Source: Cyanophora paradoxa CCMP329
Lineage: Eukaryota; Plantae; Glaucophyta
Reading direction: 5' to 3'
DNA: 40,805 nucleotides
Assembly: GCA_004431415.1 (NCBI GenBank)
Contig: QPMI01000055.1
Span: forward strand, 1 to 40,805
The position numbers and the translations under genes were made by a program. This document shows positions 1-11,154 of the stretch, in pieces. Under the pieces are notes generated by a model. That model saw only the letters and a program-made list of their open reading frames with translations, did not search any database and was not told where the DNA came from. How positions within the stretch are numbered: position 1 is the first letter of the stretch; each line of letters starts with the position of its first letter.

Positions 1-2062
1 CAGAGCGCAAAGTGGCGCCGCGCGGGTTCGAACCTTGTCGTCGAAGGTGATCTGCCAGGGACCCGCTCCACGTGTACAGCGCGCGCTGCATCGCGAGGAC
101 CGCCGCCTGGGTTCGAATCGGGCGGGCCCCATTTCCACATCCGAGGAAGGGGTACGGGACCTGGACGGGGGGGGCGTGCGAGAGGCCGCGAAGTCCGCAA
201 AAAGGACCGCCGCGGATCGGAACGCGGTGCGGGTCGGAAGGGTACATGAATCCGAATGGTGGTGCGGGGGACAGGAGTGGGATCCAATCCAATCCAAAGG
301 AGTACGCGCCTCAGAGTTGAAGCGGATAGGTCAACGTTGGCGGGGTGTGAGGGGGCTACCCCCGCCATGGGGTCCTCCTCCCACCGGTCCCGAACGGTGC
401 AGGGCACTGGGGCGGAAAAGACAGGTCAGGGCAGAGCGGCGCGAAGGGGGGGTACCGTTCACCGAAGAGCTCGACTCGGTCCAGGGAGGGGCGAATCGGA
501 CGAGGCACCCTGGACGGGGAGGGCTCTGTAGGGGGGGGGTACAGGGGCCAGATCAATCGAGGAGAAAAAGGAGGGGGTACAGCGCACGCTGGCGGGGTAT
601 GAAGACGCCGACGGAGTGAGAGTCAAGGAGATCGGCGGTTTCAGCCGGGCCACAACGGGCCCGGGCAGGCTGGATCGGGCGCTTCGAATGGGGAGGGAGG
701 CGAGGGGGTGCCGCGCGGGCGGGCTGGGCGGCTGGAGCGTGGGGAGCCGGACGGTGGACAGCGACGTCGAAGTGTTGTGTCGGAGAACGAAGTGGAATCG
801 ATGTGGGAGAGGCGCCGGGATACGGAGACGCAGGAGGGGGTAGATGGGGCAGCACCGAGGCAGCTGCCGGCGAGAAGGAAAAAAGGAGTCAGTCGGCCCT
901 GTCCCCAGGGCTGTACCCGGGGGGGGGGGGGGGGCGAAGGCAGGGGGCGTACAGTGCGGTCTCGCCCCTGTGGAGCTGCGAGAGGGCCGCCCCAGCCTCG
1001 CCAATCGCGGGGCTCCGTATGAAGTAAACGTATCGCCCTGGGAACGAAGGAGTCGGGGGCCGCGGCGAAAGGGCCGCGACGGGAGTCGAACCGGGGACCG
1101 AGGAGTGCGGGCTCGTGACGCGAATGTCCCTGGGGCACGCGGGCACATGAAAGGGCCCGGCCGGATTCGAGCGGGCGCGCGGACCGGAATTCGCTGCCGT
1201 CTGACCCGCAGCGGTACTCGCGCACAGTGCCGCGGCCACCGCCGCCCTTAGCCGCATCTCCACTCGGCCGCTGGACCTGACCAAGCGCAGCGGTAGCGAG
1301 AGAGAGAGTGGAGGGGGGAGGGGGGGGGAAGGAGTCACGCACCTGGCCGCGATTCGAAGATGTTCTGTACCCGGAGCGCGCACTGCGGGATGAGGTTCCG
1401 TGAGCACGGCGCCGGGGGGGGAAGGGGAGGGGGGTACGGGCCTGGAGGCCTTCGAGGCGGCGGCGGCGGAGGCTCGGACTCGCCCTCGCGCGGCGACCAT
1501 CACGCGGCCAGAAGGCCGTCCCCGAGGAACGAGATGACGTCGCCGTCGAACTCTGCCAGCGAATTCGAAGGCGCTGCTGTCAAGCGGGCGGAAAGAGAGC
1601 AGCGGCCCGTGCGGAAGCGGAGCACCTTCCACCAGACCGATCTCGACGCCGAACACATCGTTAATCACGCGGACAGTCCCTCGATCTCCTCATCAGAGCC
1701 GCCATCCGCTCGCAGAGCGCTGGGCGCGCGCGCTTGGTAAGCTCGCGCTCGGGGTCCGGGATCGCCGCTCGCGCGGGGGCGCACTGGAGAAGCCGGCCAC
1801 ATCTGCGAGAACACGTTTCAGGCGATTTCGCACGCCAGAAGGCAGCGCGCGCGCACCGAACAAGACGACGACGCCGAAGCCTTCCCGGCGCGTCGCTGCG
1901 AGAGAACCGCGCTGCGGCGGAGGTCAGAGGTCGCACGGCGCATTCTGCATGCTTTGCGCGATCCATGCTCACCGCGGCAAGAAGCGCATCAGCTCCGGTC
2001 GCGCTTTCTGACTGACCGCGGCGGGCGAGCCCGCTCCCGCCTCCGGGGCCGCCAGTCGGCAT
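1..2062 (-). CDS. Soluble adenylyl cyclase (ADCY10)/Dictyostelium sGC-like class III nucleotidyl cyclase, 5' part; spliced, continues beyond the left edge
   Basis: Hand-spliced exons give ELMRFLPR; GFGVVVLF|DVAGFS (first metal Asp, ~1785-1885); LCERMAAL..EIEGLS(R)VINDVFGVEIGLVE|EFDGDVISFLGDGLLAA (second Asp at 1518-1520); GRYVYFI..AIGEAGAALSQLHRGE; and a second cyclase domain AAVLAMQRALYTWSGS..QITFDDK (34-106). Several 1-2 bp frameshifts. Start codon uncertain. Confidence 0.8.
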
Positions 2063-2673
2063 AGTGGTCACGCTCAGCTGCTAATGCGAACAACGCTAGC
2101 TGAGATCAACTGCTGACCCTCGGGTCGAGCTGCTGGTCATGCAACCGCTGCGCCGCGCCGGATCGCGTTCAGCCTTCCAGAGCGCTGCCGCAGGCCGCAG
2201 CTATGTGTAAAACTATCTTGCGTTGCTGCTGCTGATGGCGCTGGTGCGGCGCGGGGCATACACATGATTCGATCGTGAGCGCTTAGCTAGCCGAGCTTTC
2301 CATTGCCTGTATAGGTTGCTTTCCGTGTACCCCTGATGCCGGTTTGCTGTTGGAGACTCGGAGGGCTGGAGCAGCGGCGCTCGCGATCGGCCGCGGGCCG
2401 CGGGCCGCGGCGGTCCGCGCGGCGGAGCTGTCGCGATCGCGACTCGCCGCTAGGCTCAGCGGCCGGCTAGGCTAGCGCTCGCAGGGCGCAGCTCGAGCTC
2501 GTGGATCGAGCTCGAGCTCGACCGAGCCTCGACGTCGACGTCGACGTCGACTCTGCGACGAGTCTGCGTCGACTCGGCGACTCTAGCTGCCAGGCTGGCG
2601 ATCGACATCGATACCGCCGGTACGTATACCGGTATCGATTTGCGGCGCTCGGCGCTAGCCGGCGTATACGTAG

Positions 2674-2832
2674 TAGCCGCTGATCATCATAAAAAATTTG
2701 CTCGGATAGCTATAGGTCCGGCCAGGCAGGGAGGGGGTTGCCCCCCTCCCCAGTGAGTCCCCACGCGCCGCTGTTTCCAGGCTTTTCCAGCGGCTCGGCC
2801 GGACCATTAAAAAATTAGCCGCTGATCATCAT
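2674..2832. repeat. 125-bp segment flanked by a perfect 17-bp direct repeat (possible small insertion)
   Basis: TAGCCGCTGATCATCAT at 2674-2690 and 2816-2832. Internal inverted GGTCCGGCC/GGCCGGACC and a GGAGGGGG-TTG-CCCCCCTCC hairpin. Confidence 0.5.
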
Positions 2833-3184
2833 GGCATGACGTCGACTCGCCGCATGAGCGCGCCTGTAGCTTGTAGCTATAGCGCTTGCACAACTTGGCA
2901 TGCTTGCGTTAGCGCTGCAGCTGGGCCCTTCCGCTTCGCTGCCACGCGCATGCGCATGCGCAGGCGCAGGCTAGCGATAGCCTCTTGGGCCACACCGCAC
3001 TGTCCGCACATACAGCCTGGCAGGCTGAAACAGCAAGCTCCAACTGCCATAATGATACATGCGATGTACAAGCTTTTACGGGATCCGGTGCAGCGGCGGC
3101 GATCTTCCGCGCGTGAAAAGATGAGGACAAAGAGATTAAAACGGATATTAATTATTCGAGTTACCCGAGGGCCTCGATCGGGAG

Positions 3185-5965
3185 CTAGACTATCTTCGCC
3201 GGACGAGCTCGGCGCCGAGGGGAGAGCGCCGCCGCCGCCGGCTGTACCCCCTCCGGGCCCTCGAGCCCCCGGCCTCCCCCCTCGGCTCGGCCCCCTCGGC
3301 CCGCTTCCGCCCCGCGCCGGCGCCGCGGTCTGCGGCACGGCGGCGCCGCCGAGCGTGCCGCTTCGCCCGCGCCGGGGTACCAGCCCCTCCGCGGCCGCCG
3401 TCGCCGTACCCCCCTCCTCCTCCTCCTCGCCGCCGCCCGCTTGCCCTCCGCCGGCTCGCCGCCGGGGCCGCCGCCGCTGACACCGTCCGGGCCCGCGTCC
3501 GCGCGCGGGGCCCGCCCCCTCCCCCAGCCCTCCTCCATCTCCTCGGCCGCCGCCGCCGCTTGAGCTTGGCGGGCTTCGAGCTCGAGGCCGCCGGCGTTCT
3601 CCTGGCACGGGTCGCCTCCGGCCCGCCCGCCTCCTCCTCCTCTCCTCCTTCCCGCAATTCTCTGCAGGCGCCGCCTCCACCTCCTCGCCTTCTTCCCCGC
3701 TTCGGTCGCCCCGCGCCGGCGCCGGCGCCTCGCCCCTTCGCCCTTCGTCGCTCTGCGTACTCTTCCTCGTCCTGCCGACAAATAAGAAACGGAAACAAAA
3801 CAAAAACGAAAGGAAAAGGGAAACGAAGACCTTCTCGACGTAGCGCTCGGCTCGCTCGCACTCATCCTCGTCGCCCTCCTCGCCTTCGGGCACCTCCCCG
3901 TACCGGAACCCGTTCACCTGCGGGCGAACCGGGCGGCGAACGCTCCTCAGAAAAGAGAAGTGCCGAGCGAGGAAAAGCGCTCGCAGGACTAGAGCAAGGC
4001 GAGGCGGGGCGGGGCGGGGCGGGGCGTCGGACCTCAGGCCAGGCTCGCTCGGCGTCGAGCGGGCCAGAGCCCCCGTCGATCAGCCAGGGTTCTTCCGGTA
4101 CAGGTGCAGCACCGCCTGCTCGCGGCGATCAGAGATCTAAACGGGAGGGGGTACGAGATAGGGGAGCGCTCGCCTGCTCCTTCATCTTGGCCTCGATCAT
4201 GAGGTCGACGTCTGTACCAGGCAGAGCGCCGGCAGCTCCTGCGCGGGCGAGCGAACAGGCGGGCGATGAGAGCGGCGGGGAGGGGGGAGGGGTAGGGGAT
4301 ACCTCGACGTAGTCGGAGTGGGCGCAGGGTTCGCGCCCGGCGCGCTCTCGCTCTGGTGTTGCTTCTGCGGGGGATCGGAGTGAGACTTCCTCCGGCCCGG
4401 GGGGGGGGGGAAGGGGGTACGGGCGCCGACCTGCCGGATCCGCGCCGCGTCCACGTCCGCGCGATGTCCTGCGGGGGTACAATCACCAATGGGTCGAGCA
4501 AGGGGAGGGAGGTGCCGCGAAAGGAATGGCGGGGAGGGGGTGGAAGGGATGGGGTACGCACGTCGAGGTAGGCAGCTATGGGCTGCGAGGAGGGAGGCAC
4601 TTGTCGTGGTGCCAGTCGAGCACTGGGGGAGGATCAGTGCCGGGGTATGGGACTCGAAGGGGACGGGAAGGGGGTGGGGGGGGGGGGGGGGGGCGACCCA
4701 AAGGGATCTCAAGCCGGTCGCAGAGGGGTAGGAGGTCCTCGACGTTGTAGACTTTGCTGCGGACGGGTCGGTGGGGTACGGCCGAAGACGGGTTCCGGGG
4801 GGGGGTACGACGCCGCACTCGTCGTTCTCGAGGACGAGCCGCCGGGCGACGGAGGGGGTAGAGCCTGGAAGTTGCGCTCGAACCGCTCGAGGGCCGACTT
4901 CTTATCCCGTACGCCCTCCGCCGTGCAGGACCATTACAGAGTCCTGAGAGGTACCCGGCACGTAAGGGTACGCGATTTACGGAGCGGCGGGGGGGTACCG
5001 CACCGCGTCGAGGCCCATGAGGTCGAAAACGTCGGCGTGGTACTGCAGCTCGCGGATCGAATTCTCGACGATCTTCCTGTGGGGGGCGTGAGCAGGCGCG
5101 CCGCGGCGAGAGTTCTGCTTGCAGCAGCGGGGTACAATCAACGCACGACTCGGGCGATGTCAGGTTGTTGTACTGGCCCTGAGATCGAATTCGAATCCGG
5201 GATCAAATTGCGCGAGCTGCATGCGGGCGGCGCGTGGCACACCGGGTGCGATGTGAGGCGGTGCCCGAGCCGCTTCGCAAGGTCGCCGACCTCCCGCAGC
5301 TCCGCGGCCGCGAACGAGACGTCGTACCCGACCTCCTTGTCTGCGAGCGCCGCGAACGTAAGCCAAGCCTCGATTCCAGCGGAAACGCGGCGCAGCGCGA
5401 GCGCGCACGGAAGCGAAGGGAAAGAGGTCGCTGCCCTGCGAGGAGAGCGCACGTGGCGCACGTGAGCGCGGGTGGCTATGAAATCCGGAGCTTCGCGCTG
5501 GGCGGCGCTGGGCGCACGAGACGGAAGAAGCGAATCTCGTGCCTTTCATTCCACTCCAGGATGGGCTTCAGGTCCGCCACCTGCAATGCGGGGCGTCAGG
5601 ATAACGCGGGAAGGAAACTGAGCTCGGGCGGGGGCGGGCGCGCGTTTGCAAGGGCCCGCCGCTTCGCCTCTTGGACTCCCTCCTTATGTATTGTCTTTAG
5701 AACCAGCGTGCGGTTCGCTCGGATATCTGCACGCGCGTGGCAATCCCAGGGTCAGCGTACGCGTGGGGAGGCACGCGCGCGGTGGAACGATCGCGCGGGG
5801 GCCGAGGCGCCCGCATACGCGCGAAGTGCGAACTTCTAGAGCGCGCCTAGCTCGCTTTGCGCTTGGTCCTTGCGATCGAGCTTTCTAGAAAATGGCGAAG
5901 CGCTCACCCTGCTCTTTCAGGAGCTCGTTGATGCACGCGTACCCGAGTCTTAGCTTGGCTACCAT
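3185..5965 (-). CDS. uve1: UV-damage endonuclease (UVDE/UvsE family), multi-exon, with a low-complexity C-terminal tail
   Basis: ATG at 5965, then MVAKLRLGYACINELL; ILEWNERHEIRFFRL|GSDLFPFAS; RLGHRLTSHP|GQYNNLTSP; ELQYHADVFDLMGL; DSVMVLHGGG; RRLVLENDD; DLLPLCDRLEIPL|VLDWHHD; CAHSDYVE; DLMIEAKMKEQ|AVLHL. These are the hallmark UVDE motifs in the expected order. Stop position is approximate. Confidence 0.93.
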
Positions 5966-6509
5966 CTTCCGATGCCCGGCCGACAGCGTGCGCTCGCTGG
6001 GCGCCGATGCCGTGCTCTGCGCCCTCGCCGCGCCGACTGGGCACCGGAGCGCTTGCCGGTGGCCTGTAAAGGTCGCTGGGACGGGGCGACGTCCGAAGAA
6101 CGCCCGGGCGCCAGCCGAGAACGCCAGGATCGCAGGTCGATGGTCGGCGTTGGTCGCGACTGACGGGGTACGCGAGCGTGCGACCTAAAGAAGCGCGTCC
6201 CCGGAGCGCACGCAGCGACGCGCGGAGCTAGTCCCGTTCTAATAGTAGAGCTAAGGGCCTCACCGCCTTCTCCAGCCATTGAATCCGACTGTCTCTTCGA
6301 CGGGCGAAACCGACAAGCGCCAGTCGCCTGCCGTGGGCCTTTGTGTCCTTGAAACGCTAAAGAGAGTGCGCGTGGGCATGGGGAGAAAGATCGAGCCTCC
6401 GCGGATCGCGTAGAGCCCGACTCGGAGCTGTCGGCGCAGCTCGCCTTTCGGCTGTATCTGCAGGCGCCAGCGATCGGCCACGGAATCGTTCGGCATTCGT
6501 TGATTCCCG
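5966..6509. promoter_or_regulatory. Probable bidirectional promoter region between UVDE and patatin
   Basis: Divergent ATGs at 5965 (-) and 6510 (+) are separated by only 544 bp. No specific element was identified. Confidence 0.4.
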
Positions 6510-9500
6510 ATGGATAAAGCGACCGCCTCCGGCCCGGCCGCGGACGCTGGCGCGCTCCCGCCCGTCCGGGTCCTCTCGTTGGACGGCGGCGGGCTCCGGG
6601 GCATCTGCCTCCTGAAGATGCTTTCGTACATCGAGAAACGCGCCAAAAAGGTGCGCGACGCGCTTCGCTTCCATTGCCTTCCACCAGATCAGCCGGTGGC
6701 CGACTCCGATCCGGCGCCCGAGCGCAGCCAATAGCGGAGCTCTTCGATCTGATTGTGGGCACGAGCGCCGGCGGAATCACCGCGCTGGGCCTGACGTGCA
6801 AGGCGCGCTGCTCCCTCGCAGCGAGCTCGCTGCGTCATCGAGTCTTGAGCCCGCGGCCCCGCCTCGCGTGCGCAGGACAAGGACGGCAAGTACGTGGGCG
6901 ACGTCGAGAAACACGTGCGCACCCTTGGCTAGCTAACTATCGCTTCAAAACCACTGAGCCGAGCGTCCCCCGCGCCCCGCAGATCCAGATGCTCTATGAT
7001 CGGTGTGCGCTGCGCCGCTGTTAGGTGTTCTAGGCCAGCGGCTCTGCCGCCGTGCTCAAGATGGGTCGTGCAGGGGCCACAAAGTCTTCCCGCGCCCGCG
7101 AAGTCGTGCCCAGCGGCTGCTTCGGCAGCTTCGCGGCGGCTCTGTGTACGGTGCGCAGCGATACCCCCGTGTCTTCACACACACCCTCAGCCCCGGCCGC
7201 CCCGCGCAGGCGAGAAGGGGGTACACGGATTCATGAAGGGCCTCTTCGGAACCGACCTGAAGCTCTCGGACTGCGTCACGGATGTGCTGGTGCGCGGGAA
7301 CAGCGTACCCCCGATCCCAGGCGGCTCAGGTGCCTGTACCCCCGCAGGTCGTTTCCTACAACCTCGAGCAGCGCGAACCACACTACTTCAAGAGCAGGTG
7401 GGGGTACCGGGGCAGGGCAGGGGGGAACGCTCGATGGGGGTACGGATATCTTATCGCGGGGCGCCGGCCCTTCCTTTCGGTGCAGGCGCGCAAAGGAGTT
7501 TCCCGACACGCACGATCATACCCTCTACGACGTCGGGAGGGTACGCGGAATGCTTCAAAGTCGTCTTGAACAGACCTGCCTGGATTCGAACCCGAGGTGT
7601 GCCCGCGCAGGCGACAACCGCGGCGCCCGGGTTCCTTCCCCCCCACAAGATCAAGATGCCGCTGGTCTACCGGCAGAGGGGGTACTCGACTTTTGTGGAC
7701 GGGGGCATGGTGGTGCGCGCGGTATTGCCCGCATTTGGGGTACATCGATGTTTGATGCTGTAGCCCGCATCTTGCAGGCGAACAACCCTGCCCTCCGTGA
7801 GCGGCGCGTACCCCCGCGCCTCTCCTCCTCTGACCGTGCATACGCATGCGCGTACCCCCCCAGTCGGCTGGTTCGAGGCGTCGAAGCTGTACCCGGTAAG
7901 CCCGTCGATGCTTGAAACCCCTCCACCGGTACCCATCTCCCCGAGCTTACATCGGCCTTTGGGCTGCGCAGGGCGCGAGATCGTGGTTGTGTCGTTGGGT
8001 ACTGGAAAGTGCGCTTCGGAATCGACCCACCCCGTAGTCGGTCCGGGCTGACGCGTACCGCCGCGCAGCTGCGATACCCCCTACCACCACGACGCGGTAT
8101 CCAAGTGGAGTCTGCTCAAGTGAGCGCAGCCCCCTCGGCACCCCCTCCACCCCCCTCCCCCCCCTCCCCCCCGCCCCCCCCCCCCCCTTCCCTATGTACC
8201 AGCAGCCCAATTGGCCAAGTCGCTGCTGACCGTTCCTCCGCAGGTGGATCCACCCCATGCTCGAGTAACGGCCCGGCTGCGTAACCCCGACCCGATCTCA
8301 AGCTCACGCCCGCGTACCCCCCCCCGCCCCGCACCGGCGCGCAGCTGCATCATGGACGGCAGCAGCGACATGACCAACCAGATGATGGATTCGATCCTGA
8401 GGGACAACGTGCGCACCACACCCGTACCCCTCCTCTGGAAGCCGGGGTACGGGGCGCTATCTGACGCTACCCCCCCCCCCCCTTCCCCCAGTTCTACCGA
8501 TTCTCTCCCATGCTGCCGGACGGTGCGCATGCGCCAGCGGCGCCGTCGACGTCGGCGTTGTACCCGCCTTTCCTATCCTTGTATCCCCCTGTACCCAACT
8601 CGCGCGCGGACCGGGTCCGGGGCCGGGGGTACAGGGATGGACAGCTTCGCGGACGCGCGGCACACGACGCTGGACCTGTGGGCCCGCAGCACCGAGAAGC
8701 AGGCACGCATACATCTATTTATATCCGTTCGAGATGATGGGATGCTTGAGACTTATATAATTAGAAGAGGATGTTTAATTTAAGCTTGGATCCGAAGTTC
8801 GGTCTTTGATCTAATCTCCGCTCATGATCGCCGTCACCGCCATAATCGTACGAGATGACGAGATGCTCGAACCTTATATAATTATAGATTAGAAGATGTT
8901 TAAGCTTGGAGATGCTTGAAATTATAATTAAACTCGGAAGATGCTTCAAGCTTGGATCGAAAGTTCGGTCTTCGACTCCGCTCACCTTTAGCTTGTCCCC
9001 CTCAGATTCTGTCGGGGGCGACGCTCGGCAAGCTGAACGAGGCGGTCGGGCGCATCGTCGCCGCGACCGAGCAGGCGAGCGAGCGCTAAGCGAGCGCTAA
9101 GCTAGCGCTACCCGGATCCGGACCTAACATTACGGATCATACTTTTGAGTTATTATCTCTATATATGTATCGATATCGCTACACAAGCTTAAAGCTTTGG
9201 GGCTGCCCCATAGTTCGGGGCCTCGAGTTCGATGCCAATGACGGACGGGCACGGGCCGCAGGCGGAGGCGCTGAAGAAGGCGAACCCGGCGGCTCTGAAG
9301 CCCGCCGAGCGCGCCCGCGGCGTTCTGCAGGCGAGCGAGCTTGAGCTTCCTCCTTGGGCCCCCTTAAGCTTCTTGCCCAACTTGGCAAACAAGATCGATA
9401 TCATTGTCATTACCGTTAATTAAGGCTTCAACAAGCGTCGAACCTTATCATGAACTCGAAGGCTTAGACAAGCAGCGAACCGATCGCGAGATGTAGAACG

Positions 9501-10983
9501 TTTTGTGCTCGAGCGACGCTGACGTCGACGACGTCGGCCGCCCCGCGCGCAGAGGAAGGGGAGCATGCTGCTGGCCTCGGCAGACCTCCTCGCTCGCCTC
9601 GCCTCCGGCACCGGCGACCGGTGCGCCGGTGCCGTTTCGCCGGGCCCAAAACCGTACTAGGGCGCTATATATATATATAGCTATAGCTATAGGGCGCCGG
9701 CCGGGCGCCCGACATATATTATGGAGGGCGAGCTCGAGTTTAGTCCGGGATCCAGAGCCGCTGAGCGGTCCTCGTCTAGACGCCTGGAGCTCCGGCTCGC
9801 GTCTAGTCTAGATCTAGAACGGCTGAGTCCAGATCTAGATCTAGTCTAGATCGCCTCCGGCACCGGCGGCGGCGGCCGGTGCGCCGTCGACCGCGCCTGG
9901 AGCTCGGGCTCGCGTCTAGTCTAGATCTAGATCTAGTCTAGATCGCCTCCGGCACCGGCGCTGCGCATGCGCATGCGCGCTCTATTAGATCTCCGGTCCG
10001 GGGCGCCTATTATATTAGAGGGGACACCGGTACCGCCGCCCGCCTCCGCTGGCGCGGTCAGTGCTCTCGATCCTATCCACTGCCTTTCTCACCTAAAAAG
10101 CGGCGACCTCGCGCTCCTCCCCGCCTCGCCTCCGGCGGCGACCGGCGCGCCGTTAACGTTGAGATCTAGATGGGCCGAGCTATATATAGCTATATATAGG
10201 GCGCGGACCCGACATATATCGACCTCGCGCTCCTCCCCCGCCCCGCCTTGCCTCCGGCGGCGACCGGCGCGCCGTTGAGATCTAGATTGGCCGGGACCGA
10301 GATAAGGACGAGAAAGAGCCCAGGGCGCAAGCCGGCGCCTGCCTTTTTATAATTATAAGGGAACCAATGAGCGGTTTCAAGGGAACCGATGAGCGGTTTC
10401 GCTGTCTTTGAGAGCCATGCTTAGCTTCCCGCTGCGAGGTCGCTTTCCCTGCCGGGAGTCAGCCTCGCTCTGGAGTCTGGATCTGGATCGGGCGGGGAAC
10501 TCCCGGGAGTCCGCTGACGGCGGCGTCCGCAGGACGAGCCCGTCGCCTCTCCCGACGACCAACTCGACATCGACATACGCCTCCCCGATGCCGGCGCCGC
10601 CCTCGGGCCCTCCCGCGCTGGGGGCCTGCCGCGTGGCGCCCTCGCTCTCGGGCGACGACCTGATCATGAAGGCGGAGGGCCCCACCCCGGTTCGAACCCG
10701 AACCGCCGCACTTAGACTTAAGCTTCACGCTCTCGAACTGACGTACTACGGTATAGCCTAGTAGTTACGGTATAGACTATACAGTAACTAGAATTAGAGC
10801 AGTATATATACACATAGTTACTGCCAGGCTGACTCGAATCTTACGCAGGTGAAGCTCAAGGAGCTGGAGAGGCGGGCCCCCGAGCTCGCGGCCGCGGTAC
10901 CCGTCGTGGCCGTGGGGGAGGACCAGCTCGAGATCGAAGATCTAGAGGCGGCGGCCCTCCTCGTCGGCGCCGGCCCCCGCTAG
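6510..10983 (+). CDS. Patatin-like phospholipase (iPLA2-like), multi-exon
   Basis: RVLSLDGGGLRG (DGGG 6582-6593); ELFDLIVGTSAGG (GxSxG 6758-6772); ATTAAPGFL; FVDGGMV|ANNP (DGG 7698-7706); IVVVSLGTG; FYRFSP. Phase-consistent exons at 9006-9074, 9262-9330, 9553-9620, 10533-10671 and 10849-10983 extend it to TAG 10981-10983. An alternative stop is TAA 9087-9089. Confidence 0.88.
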
Positions 10984-11154
10984 CTATAGCTATTTATAGC
11001 CTGCTTATCACATTTGGTATGTGTACGTACCGGTATCGCTATGTAGTGGGCAGTGGGCAGCGGGCACTGCCGCGCGTGCAGTGGGCAGCTGCGCATACAG
11101 GCTGCAGCCTGCGCGCATGCACTGCGGCAGTGCAAAGCACGTGGCCATGGGCAG

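Noticed and set aside
35-2015. Long + strand ORFs in the track (and similar ones throughout the window)
   Set aside because: They are Arg/Gly/Pro-rich antisense shadows of GC-rich spliced genes. The real motifs lie on the other strand or in other frames.
3185-5965. Calling UVDE, the cyclase, BTB or F-box genes pseudogenes
   Set aside because: Lesions are concentrated in G/C homopolymers while catalytic motifs and splice sites are intact, so sequencing error is more likely.
8730-8972. Degenerate tandem duplication inside a patatin intron; similar short duplications at 10359-10401 and 26393-26650, and microsatellites at 20069 and 21493
   Set aside because: These are ordinary local duplications with no evidence of function.
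1-10983. Cyclase plus patatin as a prokaryote-style cyclic-nucleotide defence operon (CBASS/Pycsar-like)
   Set aside because: The genes are intron-rich, divergent and separated by UVDE. The cyclase is a two-domain sAC-type enzyme, and nothing links it to the patatin beyond proximity.
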